The notes beneath the pieces are model-generated. The model saw nothing but the letters and a program-made list of their open reading frames with translations, did not search any database and was not told the origin of the DNA. Positions 1-13,426 of a DNA stretch of 64,000 nt are shown here, in pieces; position 1 is the stretch's first letter; each line of letters begins with the position of its first letter. Position numbers and translations under genes: made by a program. This stretch comes from Klebsormidium nitens (Eukaryota > Plantae > Klebsormidiophyceae), in NCBI GenBank assembly GCA_000708835.1, contig DF236960.1:338982-402981 (forward strand), in the 5' to 3' direction.

Positions 1-1894
1 GTTTCGGATTCCGCTGTACTATCATACGGTGGCTTTGAGTCATGCTTTGGCCTCGAGTCATGCTTCTTGACTTGACGCTGCCTCTAATATGCAGGTCAAC
101 CAAGACGGAAGCATACAAGAACTGCCCGGAACTGAGGAGTTCCCGGACACCGGCGGCCGGATCCTTGGCACCACTTCGGGCCAGTTACCAGATGCGCTGA
201 CAACGTAGAAATAATATCCTGAGCCCTTGTCAAACAAGCTCTCAGTGCTAGAGCGAGACAGCTTTTCTCGTGATTGAGGATTGTGGCACGTCTTTGTACA
301 CTAGACATGGATTCGATCCGCTAGATGTTGTACCTCCGCGAAATGCTGTGCCACATCCTATATGAACCATATAAAGCTACGCTATACATACTGAGCCGTT
401 GACTTGACGGAATTTTGCTTCCTGGAAAGCTAGTGGAAAGCATGTGTCAAGATCTTGATAAACAAGACGCAGGTATTGCAAAAGACAGACTGTGTCAAAG
501 ACTTTGAAAGGATGGAGAGATACGCATGCAAGGTCTCGTATGTAGCTGACTCAGCGTGAGTTACATGTCTGTTTAATTCGATCACGTGAAACAATAAATA
601 TCGAACCGGCCAGAGTGCGCACAGTACGGTATTATTTCCGGCAGACCGAGCCTGACGTACGGTACTACCTACTACCGGTACCTAGTACCGGTACGTGCTG
701 ACTCGGCGAGCGGGGTTAGGCCACCCAAGTCCTTGTTTAACAAGCTCAAAGTTCTCCTGCGGAGAACCGTGGCTTGCCTTCGGGGATGTCGACGAACCCT
801 AACCCGAAGACTATACCACAAGCCATGCACGAGCAAACCATCCCAAACCCGAAATTGTGGAGGTCCGACGGCGAACTGGCGAAGACAAAGTACGTCATTG
901 TAGACTGACGTTCCTTATATTCCCGTGAAACGGGGAGCCAATCCGCAAAATGCGGAGTCTCTTTTATCGAATTTTCGACGATAACAGGCGGTGCCGTTAT
1001 CATCAGAAACCCCAGTAACCATGAAAGATAACACCGAAAGCATCGAACCGGAAACATTCAACGGACCACCAGCTACGCCGCGGCCAGTCGGCAAAAAACG
1101 TCGCGCACTGTTTGTCCATTTAGACACGTGATTTCTAGGTTTTCGAAGTCGAACCGGCCACTCAAGCACCTCCAATGCCAGAAGCGCAGAGGGCGAAATC
1201 TCAGATTTCATTTAGCGAATCCTAGGGATTTCCTTCTAAAGAAGGCAAGCCAAAACTAACGGGCAGTCGTTGACTAACCCGAGGGGCGGGCGGGTTGCGG
1301 GTTTGAGGGTTGGGTTTGGACGTTGGGCAGGGGTGCGGAGACTGCTAGATCGAGGTTGGGTTTCCCAACTCTGGTTTTTCCCCGAGCACGATCAAGACTT
1401 GGCAATGGGCAGGCCAGGCTTGGTCAAGAGTCAAGACTCTATTACAAGAAATCGAGTTCCGATATCCGTCGGGGCACGGCGGTTCTGCCGCTATGCATTA
1501 TGCAGTCGGAGGTTGTCATAAATGCTCCTAGGATCCAGGAGGAAATCCACGTGCTTCATTGCGCAATCCAGGGCCGGCTGGGCCCTGGCCGGCGTCTTTG
1601 TACTTGTACTACCGGTACCATGCTATCTCAGCGACACGAAGCACGAAGTGTGGTTGAAAGGGGTCGCCGCGGAACCAATTGGGTGGCAAACCGGTATAAC
1701 TGCGCCTGGTCCGTGTTCCAGGCTTCCAGCCTGCTCCAGCGCCGGCGGTATTCCGTCTTGTCAGAGGAGCACGCAAAGCCCACGCAAATTAACTTCGCAT
1801 GCAGAGACTGCGGAGTCCGGACAGCTCTAGAGCCCAGCCTGGCATACTGGGCCCTGGCAATGCTCGCTTGCACCTGAAAAGCCGCTTGCACAAA

Positions 1895-2000
1895 GGTACA
1901 TAGCTCCCGGGCACCCAAACTAAAACCCTATACCCGCTCCGCACCCGCACACACGCTAACAACCAGACTAACCCCGCCCGTCCCCCGGGTGCTTATCTTA
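1895..2000 (-). repeat. Reverse-oriented copy of the G-rich-core family
   Basis: TACCCGCTCCGCACCCG at ~1930 is the reverse complement of the core, flanked by AAACTAAAACCC and CTAACCCCGCCCGTCCCC. Confidence 0.6.
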
Positions 2001-2446
2001 GTGCAAGCTGCTCAGCTGAGTGCAAGCTAGCGTTGCAACTTGCCGAACTCAGACTGGCAGTCGCAAGCTGAGCAGCTCTGAGCTGAGTCAGCTCACTGAC
2101 TACAGCTTGGGGACCTAAAGATACGGCCCCCTAATAAATACGGCCTCCCAGGCCCAGGGCTACAACGCTCCATTTGAATACACGGCCTTCATTTGAGGTG
2201 TATCTGCATCATGAGCTGGCAGCGAGCAGGTTCATTAGATCGCAAGCATCACATTCCAATGAGTCACGAGTCACGTCTCCCTCTTTGATTCCTTGCAGAG
2301 TCACGTATGTGCAGAGGAAGTATCTTGACTCTTGACCGAAGATATTTAATGCTGCACTACGCTGCTTGCTTTCCCCCCATTCCAGAATTGCGAGCTTCAA
2401 CAGTCGCAAGCTTCAGTGTTTCACCAACGCAACAGCAACAAGCGCA

Positions 2447-5400
2447 ATGGCTCCCTCCTTTGCCTCTCTCCCGAGCTTCCTTTTGCTCCTAGCTGCCGCT
2501 TTGCTGCCAACGGCCCATGTGGCGGAAGCGGGACGTGGTCTTCTCCAAGCGCCGCTGGTGAAGGACGTCTCGGAATTCTGCTCTGTCCAGCGTACGCACT
2601 TTCTTTCTTGCAGATCCTTTTTTTTTTCCTTTCTGGAGATCCCTTTGGGACTTTAGGCTCTGTGGGAACGCGTTTTTTTCCAAGTCAGCTCCACATTTTC
2701 TGAACGCTTTCTCCTGCTTTTGTTCAAGGAAAGGCTTTAGAAGGTGGGGGGCTTCGAATTATTGCTATATACGCTGAGAAGCTTTCAGAATCAGGGGAAC
2801 CGTACTTTGACAAGTGAATGTTTGAACAAAAGACAGGGTTGCCTCTAGCTCGAATCCTGGGAGCTAAGCTGTAGACAATGTATCCGGCCAAGGTGAAATA
2901 TACGGAGCTGGGGTGTCCCACGAGGTGCTAGCTAGTAGGCCACCTCTTCTAGCTAAATACTTTTAAGGGGTTGGGAAGTCAGGGTTTGATGTTGATTTGC
3001 TTCATGTTGCCGTGACAAAGAGTGCTCCCAAATAAGGTTCCACTTTAGCAAGTGTAGAGACCGACGCCGCTGCTGTTTTGCCCTGAGGATTATGCATCAT
3101 TGCACTTTGGATTCAATCCCCTCTTCTTGTCAAGCCTGATGAGCAAACAGCTGACTCGGCCTTCAAAAGTTTCCTAGGACCAAAGCGAACTTGTGACGGT
3201 GGCAAGGGGGCCACGGTGTCTCAGCTTCTTGGAAGGATGATTGGATGATCTTTTGCAATGCTTTCTTTTCGTCAAGTCTTGCGAATCTTGATCATGGTCT
3301 TTCCTCGACACAAGAACGCTTCCCCGTCGCATTTGGCATTGTAGCCGCTTTCAAAGGGGCGCTGGCTCAATCCGTTCGACATGTTTGCCTTCAGCTTTTA
3401 AGTTTTTACTCCGTCAGCAGGATGAAGCTCTGTTCTATTTGGAAGGGAGTCAACAGAACAAAACAACGACTACGCTTTGGAGAAATCTGGGTATGCAAGC
3501 CTCCTTTCAGACTGTCTGTTTGAAGACTAGCATTTTTATTGCAGGTTTTTGACAAGGATGCAGCGAAGGTGCTAGTTTTGAGCCCAAATCTTCCCACAGG
3601 AGGCCAGAACAAGCTTCTTGTACTGCTCCTAACAATCCCTGGTTTTTCTTCAAAGTCAGAAGCTGCGTCATTCACTTGGTCCAGAAGCCCCATACTGCAG
3701 GAACCTTAAACACACGAAAATTTGCCTGCTAAGCAACCAGATCACCAGAACCAAGTCTCGGGGTACTGAACATACAACCAGGCTTGTTCCAAAGCTGGTT
3801 ACCTCCCAAGTCTAAAGATTGGACACATCAATTCTTCCTAACCAGCACATGAGCAGCTCATAACCATTCATGGTTAAGGGCCAAGAGAACTTCGTTGTTC
3901 AAACATCAGCGATGGTCTTGCAGTACCACATCTGATTCTCGAGGTTTATCTGTGCTTGCAGGGAGGCCCTTCCGGTTTGTCACCCACCTGTTCCCAGGGC
4001 AAGTGGCCCGCGGAGTCCAGATAGACTACTGCCACAACCTGTACCCCAACCTGGGAACAGTCACAGGTAACCGACCCAGCACATCTTTAGCTAGAAGAAC
4101 ACAATCTTGTGACTACTTGCGCTGCCAGTATAGGATACGAATTTGCAGCCGACTTGGGAACAAACATAGGTGAGTGGGATGAGTAACCCACTGCATCCTT
4201 CGAGTTTTCCGAAAGCATTGTGACTGCTATTGCAAATCTAGTAGACAAACTGCCCGCATAAGTGAGTGCAAGGCAGACTAGCCCAGTTGGTTACAATGAC
4301 CCTCACTGTCAAAGCGACTTGTGAAGTCCGTGTCTCGTACATAGCAAGCCAAGTGGAATACTCGCTTTAAGCCGCTGTAACTCCACCTCCCCTGTTCCTT
4401 TCTGAGTAGGCACTACCACTAAGACTCTGTAAGTGCGGCGTTGACACTCGATTTTCCCCCGACTCGCGTTGTGCAGGCACCACCACTGAGACTGCGCTGC
4501 CCGGCGGCGGCCGCTTTGTCCAGGTGTCAATCACCGCAACGAACGTGTTCGCAGTCGGTTTCCTTAACGACGCCACTAACAACCGGACGTACCCTCTTCT
4601 GGGTGCGGACTTCAGCGTCGGGGACCAGAGCCTTGATAAGCTAACCCCAGTAAGCTTCTGCAAACCCGTTCATACTAGTTGGGCAATCCTCATTTACTAC
4701 GAGACCCCGTTTGAGGTTCCTCCTCAATCGACCATATACTGGCATGTTAAGATCTTGAACGTACCCTGAAATGGCGCAGGCTTGTTCAAACCAGTTGAAC
4801 AACTCTCTTTTACTTCTTGGAAATGGAAGCCGTTTAAGATGCCTCCTCGATATGTTACATCGACAATTACATCAAACTTACCCTGATCAAAATGCAGCTA
4901 GGCCTCACCCTCCGTGGTCTTGAACAATATCAAGACCTGACGGACTTGTTGACCGCTGGGTGTTTTATATTCGAAAAAGCGCAGGCTCTTCAAAAAATAC
5001 AGAGATCAAACTGTCGCCGTGGTTTAAAGAGCAAAGGGAGACGACGCCGAGTCTCTCGAAGTTCATGAACTGGGTGTAGATTTTAGTCGTGCGAGAAAAT
5101 TGCGAGAAGGAAAACTCTCTTGGGTAAAAAAGCGAAGTCCTCTGGTCTGTCTGGAGCAAGGATTACTTCGCATCTGCGTGCTGAAGCTCGCCTTCAACGC
5201 ATGTCGGCTGTGTCAGTCCCTCCCTTATAGTCTCAATCTTTTCAGATGACGCCACCACATCTCTCGGACGTAAGCAAACCCGTCTTCGACACTGTTTGCA
5301 GGCACAGTTTAACTGGTGACTGCACGTGGCAGCGCGACGTACAAGCCGAGTTTCATCCAACCCGACGTGCCGGTTGGTGAGCTTAGCTTTTCCAAAACTC

Positions 5401-6635
5401 CTTTCTTTTATGGTTCGTCCATTGTTTAAGCGGCATGCCTCCTTTGCGGCTCATAGTGGCAGGCAGAGGAGTAGATTTGGAAGCCATAAAGCAGGGCAAA
5501 GCGAAGCGTATTTGTCACCCCAGTCACAGGCTTATCTGTTGTTTCTATAATTATCTGGATGATAGATTAAGGCCAAGCACAATGGAAGGCCGCCCTTTAC
5601 TGGATCTCTTAAAGTCTCCTGAAAGCACAAACGTTCCAGTGCTGACGTACTCCTGACGTGCATTCTCGACGTGGCGCCAAACGAGGATGCTTCCTTTGAC
5701 TGTACCAAGTTGACCGCGATTCCATCGTGCAAAGCGCGGGCTTGACATCTCACCCCTTTACATCATGGATTCGGGGGATGGTGCTCGGCTCTACGGATGT
5801 AGAGTGCTGATCCTGACGTCAGAACGCCCAGATGCTGACGCAAGACACATCCGCGCCGCAGGCTCGCCGTTCCCGTCCCTGCTGGACTTGGACGCCAATA
5901 TCGACGACCTTCGCGGCGTGGCGACCGGCCCCATCCGCCAGAACAGCTACCAGAACGTCGCCGTAGGTGAGCTCAGGCTCGCTTGGGCGCGCGCGCGCGC
6001 GAGCATGCCCGTGTGAGCGCGGCGCCCTTATATAGCGATACAACAGCTACGTCCCTGTAGATAGGCCGCTTGCGCGCGCGCGCGCGAGCACCCTGCAGAG
6101 AGAGAGTTTCCGTAGCTTAGATCGGCTGTGCGCGCGCATGCCCTCGCGCGCGCGTGCTGAAAGAAGAGAGATACAGGAACTTTCGACGCCGTAGGTGAGG
6201 TCGCTTGTGCGCGCGCATGTATCGCGCGCGTCCACCCGGACAGGACATGTACAGCTAACGTGAGCTTGCCTATGCGGGAAGCGCGCGCGCGCGCCCGGTA
6301 GGGGACGGCTTCAATTTCCTCGAATCGTATCGTAGCATTCCTATGTTTATTGACACGTGTCTTCCCTCGGCCTTGCAGGCACTCCCGGGCAGATCACCGT
6401 CGTCCAGGTCAGCGTCGCGCCTTCCAACCCGGGCGACCTGCCGCCGTTCACCGACGAGAACGTGGACCTGTCGGTGCTTTCTCCCAACCCGGGCCTGCAA
6501 GCGCAGGTGCAGGCGGTTCTCGCCCAGGTCACAACCGTTCCGGTTCCGGCCCTCCTTTTCCTGGACGAACCCGCGCCGACCAGTGCGCCCGGCGGAACCT
6601 GCAACCCGACATCCAACCTCCCTAACCAGGTATGA
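2447..6635 (+). CDS. Multi-exon hypothetical secreted protein (signal peptide, Pro/Thr-rich C-terminal part)
   Basis: ATG at 2447 opens a hydrophobic signal-like stretch (MAPSFASLPSFLLLLAAALLPTAHVAEAG). Phase-compatible GT-AG exons at 2447-2591, 3962-4066 and 4477-4649. Further GC3-rich exons at 5862-5966 and 6379-~6635. At least one linking exon (candidate ~5330-5376) and the true 3' end are unresolved. No family recognised. Confidence 0.7.
5938..6300 (+). repeat. Degenerate ~70-80 bp tandem array derived from an exon end, the donor site and a (CG)n tract
   Basis: ACAGCTAC...GCCGTAG/GTGAG...CGCTT...(CG)n recurs at ~5945 (real exon end), ~6040, ~6100, ~6175 and ~6250. Confidence 0.75.
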
Positions 6636-8895
6636 GACCGCGCGTCGTCACAGGGTGTTTGGCGGTTTACCGTGGTTGTTCAAAAGGCGGGTTAGAAGCT
6701 GGTCATGTGTCCATTGATTTGAGCTGAGAAACTAAACTTTTAAGATGGTCTTGGTCAAGGTGTGAGTCAATCAATCGATATCAGACTCGATCTGGTCACC
6801 GGGATTCTTAGCAGCGACCCTTCTTCAGCGTTGCTATTCAGGTTGCTTTCATTAGCAAACGGTGGGCCAGTTTCTTCTCTTGGGACCGATAAGCTAGACG
6901 AAAATTCGCTCGGCGGATTTTCTCAAGACTCTTTGCGACCCTTTTTGGGAAGTCAGATTGCTCCTAAAGAGATGGTGGTTGGATTAATCTGAGTGATTCG
7001 GTATTCATTGGATTTAGTGCACCCAGTCTCCGCCGACGAACCGCCATGCCAACACAGTTGGGACCAAAAGAACGGGCCAAAACATGTCACATATTGACCG
7101 TCCAGTACTTTTTTCCCTTTGCGTCTGAAGCCAACTGTACTCTTTTACAAGGCCGAGTCAGATAGACGAAGACGTCGCCCGTTTATAGCCTTATTTTCTT
7201 CGCGCCACACTGTTCCACGATAACAACGCAAAACGCGTGTGACACTCCTCCACATTCTGTCGAGCTGACGCAGTCAGTAGGCACATTCCTCCTGTCTTGA
7301 CACAACCCTCTTGTCTTCTGCCAACCAGGCAGATGTGTCGAAACAAAAGTCGTGAGCGCGGCGACCCCAAGACGTGGCAGTCACAACGTAGGGCCCTCCT
7401 TTGCGGTCGGCAGAGAGCATTAGAAGCCCCCATCAATCGACAGTTCCGAACTTGTGCCGGGCGCATGAGCTTACCTCTTAACTTTACTTTCTCTCTCGCC
7501 GCCACAGTGCTATGACGCAACCGGAACCGTCTTCGTTTGCTGCCCCGGTTCGTGCGGTGCCAACAGTGCTGGCGACCCGCAATGCGCATAACCGCTGAAT
7601 TAATCCAGCGGGTCCATGCAAGTGGTCGAAGTCAACAGTGCAGAGTTTTCTGAGAGGTACGTACCTTCGTAGCGAGTAAAAGAGTACAGTATGCATGCAC
7701 CAGCTGCTGGTTTACAAAGCAGGCCCTTAGATTTTCGCGGAAGCCCAGGCTTAGAATAACGCACGTGCATTCGCGCACCGAGGGCTTCGAGCTAGGATCA
7801 TCGTAAGTTGGTCAGTTAAGGGTAACTTCTCAGTAGTACATTGGATTTAGATAGCAGAGATGGTAGAGCGTGCCACGTGGCAGTTGACTGCCGAGGTCGT
7901 AGCACCTTTTGGAATCCTAAAGACGTTTTACGATGCTTGGCAACCACTGATGTTATTTAAATGTCACTTAGCCAACAGCTAAACTTCCGCGTTCAAAATG
8001 ATAGAACTTCCACGTCGCGGCCCGGTCTGACCTCGAAGTTTTCCTCGCACCAGAATGCTTTTGTCAGGTTGGCCCGACGTATCGAGCCCGTCCGACCGGA
8101 CGTGCGCCACTGCCACAACGCAAAGTTGTGCCCACGAATTACGCTTTTATACTAAATCAATGTAATCAATGATACTGCATGATCATTTTATGCAAGTCCG
8201 GGTCTGAGAGGCAGCCTATGCCTTATGTACAGCCGCCGTAGGTTTGCATCATTGGCCCTTTCTAACTGTCGATAACTGGTTTTATCATCCGACACAAGGA
8301 ATAAATGATTTGCAGCGGCGCCGGCCGCGCGGCCGCGCAGCTTTAGAAACGGTACTGAGTGCATTCTATACACTGCCATGCAGCACATGAGCCATTGAAT
8401 GTATGCCAAAACGTTGTTTATACTTATACGGTGCGGTACCAATTTGACGTGACCGACTTCGATCATCACGCATGATCGTTCACACACCAAGGTACTGTGT
8501 TGTGTACGGAACCGGTTGAACCCAAAAATCATTGCTGACCGTCGTCTCCTCAAACTCAAGAAGCGGCCGCGCCGGGTGTGCATGTGCATACGTTTGAATG
8601 TTTGAATAATACTACTAGTGACTGGCTTTGAGAATGTCTCAGCTCTGTAAAGTTGGCCGGAATGTTTTTCAGGCCCCGCGGTGGAGTTGGCATGTATACA
8701 ATCTCAAGCGACGCTTATATGAATCATGCAAAGCATGAAGCCGACTCGATCATCCGCCCTAAGACTGCAGAACATGAGGTGAGCTCTATCTGCACAAGAA
8801 CATTGACCAGATTCTCCCGACCTTGCACAACTCTCATACTTGCTGCAAGTGGTGGCCAGATAAGTATAAGCCAAAGTGAGCATCAATCAAACAGA

Positions 8896-11800
8896 TCACG
8901 TCCGTGTAAACAGTACGGTGTTACTGCCCGCAAACTTGAGCGTCGCCTTCTCGACTACCTTGCCGTGCGCTTTGCCCTTGCGCTGGAGGTACTCGACAAA
9001 GTCTTCATAGGTTATGACTGGACGCCCATCTCCTATGCGTCTGTCGGGGAAGAGCTTCGGGAAGACGCAGCAAGGGACCACCGCAAAGGGGACGCCGGCT
9101 CGGAGGGCGACGTCGACGATTGCTTCCGTCACCTGCAAAGAGTTTGCTCAATTGTCTAATCACGCGGTTTCGCGGCGGCCTCTATCCTGTCCTCGTGCCG
9201 CCAAGCATTAGATTACGTGGCACTGGAACTTGGCAACCCTGAAGGCGGCCATAAAGACTATCTGGTCGCCGAGACCTTACGGGTCACACGACGCTCCTTT
9301 TACGGGGCCACGCAGACAGAAGGCGACGAGTCGGTTTGCCCCTGTGGGTTCTCCAAGAGACAAGAGCTTTCCGCCTGATGGGCCCTACACATGGAGATTT
9401 CTCCCAAATAAGGTTGACGGAAGCTTCAATGACACAACAGAGTCGGTCCATGGTGCAAGGCTGGCAGGGTGTTTGCAACGTAAAGCTCGCCGTGAAATCT
9501 CCAGCAGGATCCAGGGCAGCATCAGAACTGCGACCAAGACACACCTTGAGGATTGACCAAGCGGCCCCAGGTATGGCCATTCAGAGGGAGTGTCCTCTTC
9601 TTCCACAACTGAATCAATGGAGATGAATCAACGAAGAAAGACAACCCACTGAAGGATTCACGGGTTTGCCTGGCTAAAGTGTGGCGCCAGCAAGCAGGAT
9701 TGCATGTCCCCGCTGGTCTATCTGGTCGCACCGTTTCTGATCAATCAATATTATAAAATCACAGAAACGTACAAGTGGGGGGTAGAAAACCGTACCTGGT
9801 CGGGGTGCAGTCCCACCAGGATATCGGCTTCTTTTCGTACGACGTCCGTCCAAAACTTGTCGTCCGCAAATAGCTCGCGCCTGTGCGCTCCGACCAAGCT
9901 TTGCGGCAACGCTGGGGGGGTGGACTCCTTGGGCAGACGGACCCCCTTCTCCGCGAGCGCTTTCCGCTGTGCCTTGGTGAGCTTCCGTTCCCGGGGCTCG
10001 ACGGAGGTGCAAAAGATGCCGTGTTCCTGTTGGGGCCAAGAGTGAGACCAGGAGTGAGCCCTCTGAAGAACCGAGACTATCGATCTGACCTCTTCCTACA
10101 GGCGGATTCGAAAGATACTGCAATCTGCTGCCCGCATTTTGTGTGCTTCAGACATGCTGACCGGACTAGAGTGAGCCGTCGGTAGCTAGGATGACCGGAG
10201 CATATCTAAGGTGTCCATCCACCTTGTTGTCAAGTGAGTGTTCCTAGTCCCCAATATTGGGCGCTGCCAGAAACTGCATAATCGCTGCTGAAAGCTTCAT
10301 TCAACAAAAAAAACAACTAGAAAGGTTCAGGTACAAAGAGCCCGCGGCAGAGGCTGGCATCAGCTTTGATGTCGTACAGTAACCAAACATTCAGCACCGC
10401 TGTATGACAGTGTGCTGGTGTCCGAAGGTGAATGCTAAAAACCTCGTGCCCGGGTTTGAAAGAAGTTCGATAATGCAATATTGGGAAAACTGCATCGGAG
10501 TATCAATCAGTCATGAAGGCGTCTGTGGCCTTCAACCTTCAGAGGCACTCTGGACGCACATGTTGAAGAACTGTTTTCATCGGCCTTGTCGGAAATCAAG
10601 GTTAATTTGAAACTGCAGCGGGAACCTAAGCCAAGGATGGAATCCATTTTCAACATGTATGCTTTCTGTTACGCCAGTTCGCGAGAAGGTGAAGAGAAGG
10701 TGCTGAACTAGTCTCAAGGCCACCAGTAAAAAACAACGGCCTCAATATTTTTTTCCAGATTCAGTCGGCAAACCTTAACTCACATGTGCAGCTTACGGAC
10801 CAGACATTCTCGGAAGAGGAGAGACCAACAAACCTTCAAAAGAGTCCCGCTGCCAGGCTTGACTTCCAATTTTAAACAGAGGTTGTGCTCGTGACTTACT
10901 GCAAGATGGAACGCCAGCTCTCCATGGGCCCCAGCAGCGACGTCCACAACCCGCAAGTCCGGGTTTCCCCTTTCGTAGGTTTCCTTAACCCAGTCCCCAA
11001 ACACCTGCGCCCGCTTGGCCTTCCCCGCGTTCCCCAAGGCATGGTTCCCGCTTGCCTTGGCTGCCAGATACCCCGCCCTCGCTTTTTTCAGCGGTTCACC
11101 GTGGGGGGGATGCTCGTAGGGGCAATCTACCCCCCTGGCACACCGCCCCTCGTTAACCCAGTACTTGCAAACCCCGGGTTTAGCCTGCGCACTGCGGCCA
11201 CCGCGGCACACCGAAGGAAGCTCGCTCTTTGCAGCTAGATGCTTATATAGAAACTCATTACCTGAGGCCGACCCTCGCGGGTCAAACACGTTTAAGCTGC
11301 TAACCTGCAGCATCCAGTCAACATCTGGAATCACCTTCCCAGTCAGGGAACTTCCCTTGCACCGAGTTTTCAAACTACTGCTCGAGCCCCCTTCTTGCAA
11401 GCTGGGAGAAATTTCAAGATGGTGCGCACCCTCTCTCGAAGCGGCCCCGTTACTCAATGCACAGCGCCTTTCTCCCAACTCCTCGAACTTTGCATTCTGT
11501 ATAGGTTCATCTGTCACGCCACCGATTCCATTCTTTGCTGCTGCTACATCCTGAACCTGGGTTTCGCCGTCGCTGCTTCTACAGGTTGGCCCGGAATGCT
11601 GGGGGTCAGCTCGCACAGCTGAGAGGTTCTCAAGACAATCTCCCCAACACTCCACCAACGAGCCGATGCGCAGTTTCTGGGGCAGGGACGCCAACAGGCT
11701 GCCAGGTATCATCAGCTCCAGGCGGCTGCAACCAGAGCATTCTGGGGTGGCTGTATCTCGAATTGCTGGCTTTGGAGTAGACTGGTCTGGTGTAGCCTGG

Positions 11801-12333
11801 TCTACTTTAAACAAACCTGATCTAGATTCTTCCAAACCAGATTGTTTGTTGCTAGCCGCTTCCTGACTACGTACTGCTTCAATCTGTTCTGCGCAAGCCC
11901 CAGGTTCGTCCGACTGGCTTACGTCAGGCTGTTTCAAAGCTAGGGAGTTTATATTGTCTGGTGGTTGGATGCTATCATTGCAGACTTCGCTGGATCCGTC
12001 CGAAACTGATGCTTCTGCTGCATTCGTGTCCGCTTTCCTGCTGCCTCCGGCTGCAAGATCTATATCGACGAACGTGGTCTGTCGAGACGCCCTGCGGATG
12101 TGCACAATGGTCCCCCTTGCAGCATACATACCTCTCCTTGTTGGTAGACACGGTGATTCTTGTGAACTGGTGTTAGATGGCCTAAACAAAAGTACAGTGT
12201 CAGGAAATGGGCTTCCGGAAGGCAATTCGAAGGAGGTGGTGTGGGTTTGGGCATCAACCAGATGGAGGAAGTGGAGGAACCCTGGATGGACAGAAATGGC
12301 TTCCGCCAGCTTCGTCTCCTGTTTGGGGTCCAT
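8896..12333 (-). CDS. OB-fold + CCCH zinc finger + class I SAM-dependent methyltransferase-like protein (probable RNA methyltransferase)
   Basis: Exons 12333-10900, 10026-9796 and 9132-8896 join in frame at GT-AG sites. CCCH finger CKYWVNEGRCARGVDCPYEH; SAM motif I-like VVDVAAGAHGEL; downstream GLHPDQVTEAIVD...PFAVVPCCVFP, reminiscent of Trm44/Trm13-like folds (family assignment is inference). Confidence 0.8.
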
Positions 12334-13426
12334 CTCTGCTTCCTCCGGCTCTCAAAATTATGAAGTCACGCGTACAATGTACATACTCCATGGTCCATCT
12401 TTCTAAAAGCAGTCGCCATCAAAACCAATGCCCGGCTATGGCGACGCGCAAAAAGTCTTGTTCAGAACCGGCGACGGTGGCGTCGAGCGTCAGTGACACT
12501 ACATGTATGTGTCCAGTCAGCTCATTGCTGAAGCAGTCCAAACGGGTTTTGCAAGAGAAGTGACGACTGCGGCACCGGCAAAGCTGTCCAACAAGAGGCT
12601 ATACGTTGTCGCTTTAATACGTATCTTCTATTTTATCCACTACCGTACCGGTATTCTGAATCTCACGGACTCCACCACTGGCGAAGCAGTCGCACATATG
12701 GTCAATGTGGCGCCGCCCTTCCAAGTACCATGATTAGCTTTTGAATAGCTAGTACCTCAATGTGGTAGGTCACTAGCTGAACTATCTGGCTTGAAGGGTA
12801 CAGCTAAGAGTAGAGTCTTCTCCTTCGCTCAGTGGATTATCATACGAGTTTTAGTGTCAAACGCTGCTTTAGCTAGCCTTAGACATAAGTAGTACGGTAT
12901 CTCAGAGTAGATGTTCGAACTCATCGAACCGTGTGTTGACACCGTTCGGGCCCATGGCGCAAGCTACGGTCCTTATAATCGAAGTATGAATGAATGAATG
13001 ACTCGGAGCAACTTGAACGCTCCTCTTGAAGTGGAAGTTGCGAAGAGTTGCGCAGGCAACACTCAGCCCCATGGGACTGTTATTCAGTTAGCACTGGGAG
13101 CACGTTTTACAGGTTGTAGGATCCTAAGTTGTACTAGTAGCATGACCAGCTCTGCGCCCTGGGTATCAGAGACATTGGCAGTTTCACACATTTTCGAAGG
13201 AAGGCGCAGCAGTGCGTGAGGCCAAGTTTCTAGCCGTCTCAGGATCAAAAGGGCAGGAAAGCTGTTGGATGCAATCAGCCAACCAGAACTATTGCTATAA
13301 TAGCCCAAACAGGGACTGCTAAGATACTCGAGAGAGCAGTGACAAACGGCGTCTGAATCATGGCAGTTGCATCTTCAAGCTTGCCCAGCAGCTGGTACCA
13401 GAAGGTGTCAATGCTGCACGTTGCAG

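Noticed and set aside
660-695. Near-palindrome TACCGGTACCTAGTACCGGTA and scattered TACCGTACCGG / GGCCGGCC motifs
   Set aside because: Too short and without shared boundaries or TSDs to call an element.
96-1211. Short minus-strand ORFs (70-103 aa)
   Set aside because: No recognisable motif, no consistent splice model and no clear codon bias.
6343-6717. Several overlapping ORFs on both strands
   Set aside because: Shadow ORFs of one GC-rich exon; only the frame of 6357-6635 fits the splice phase.
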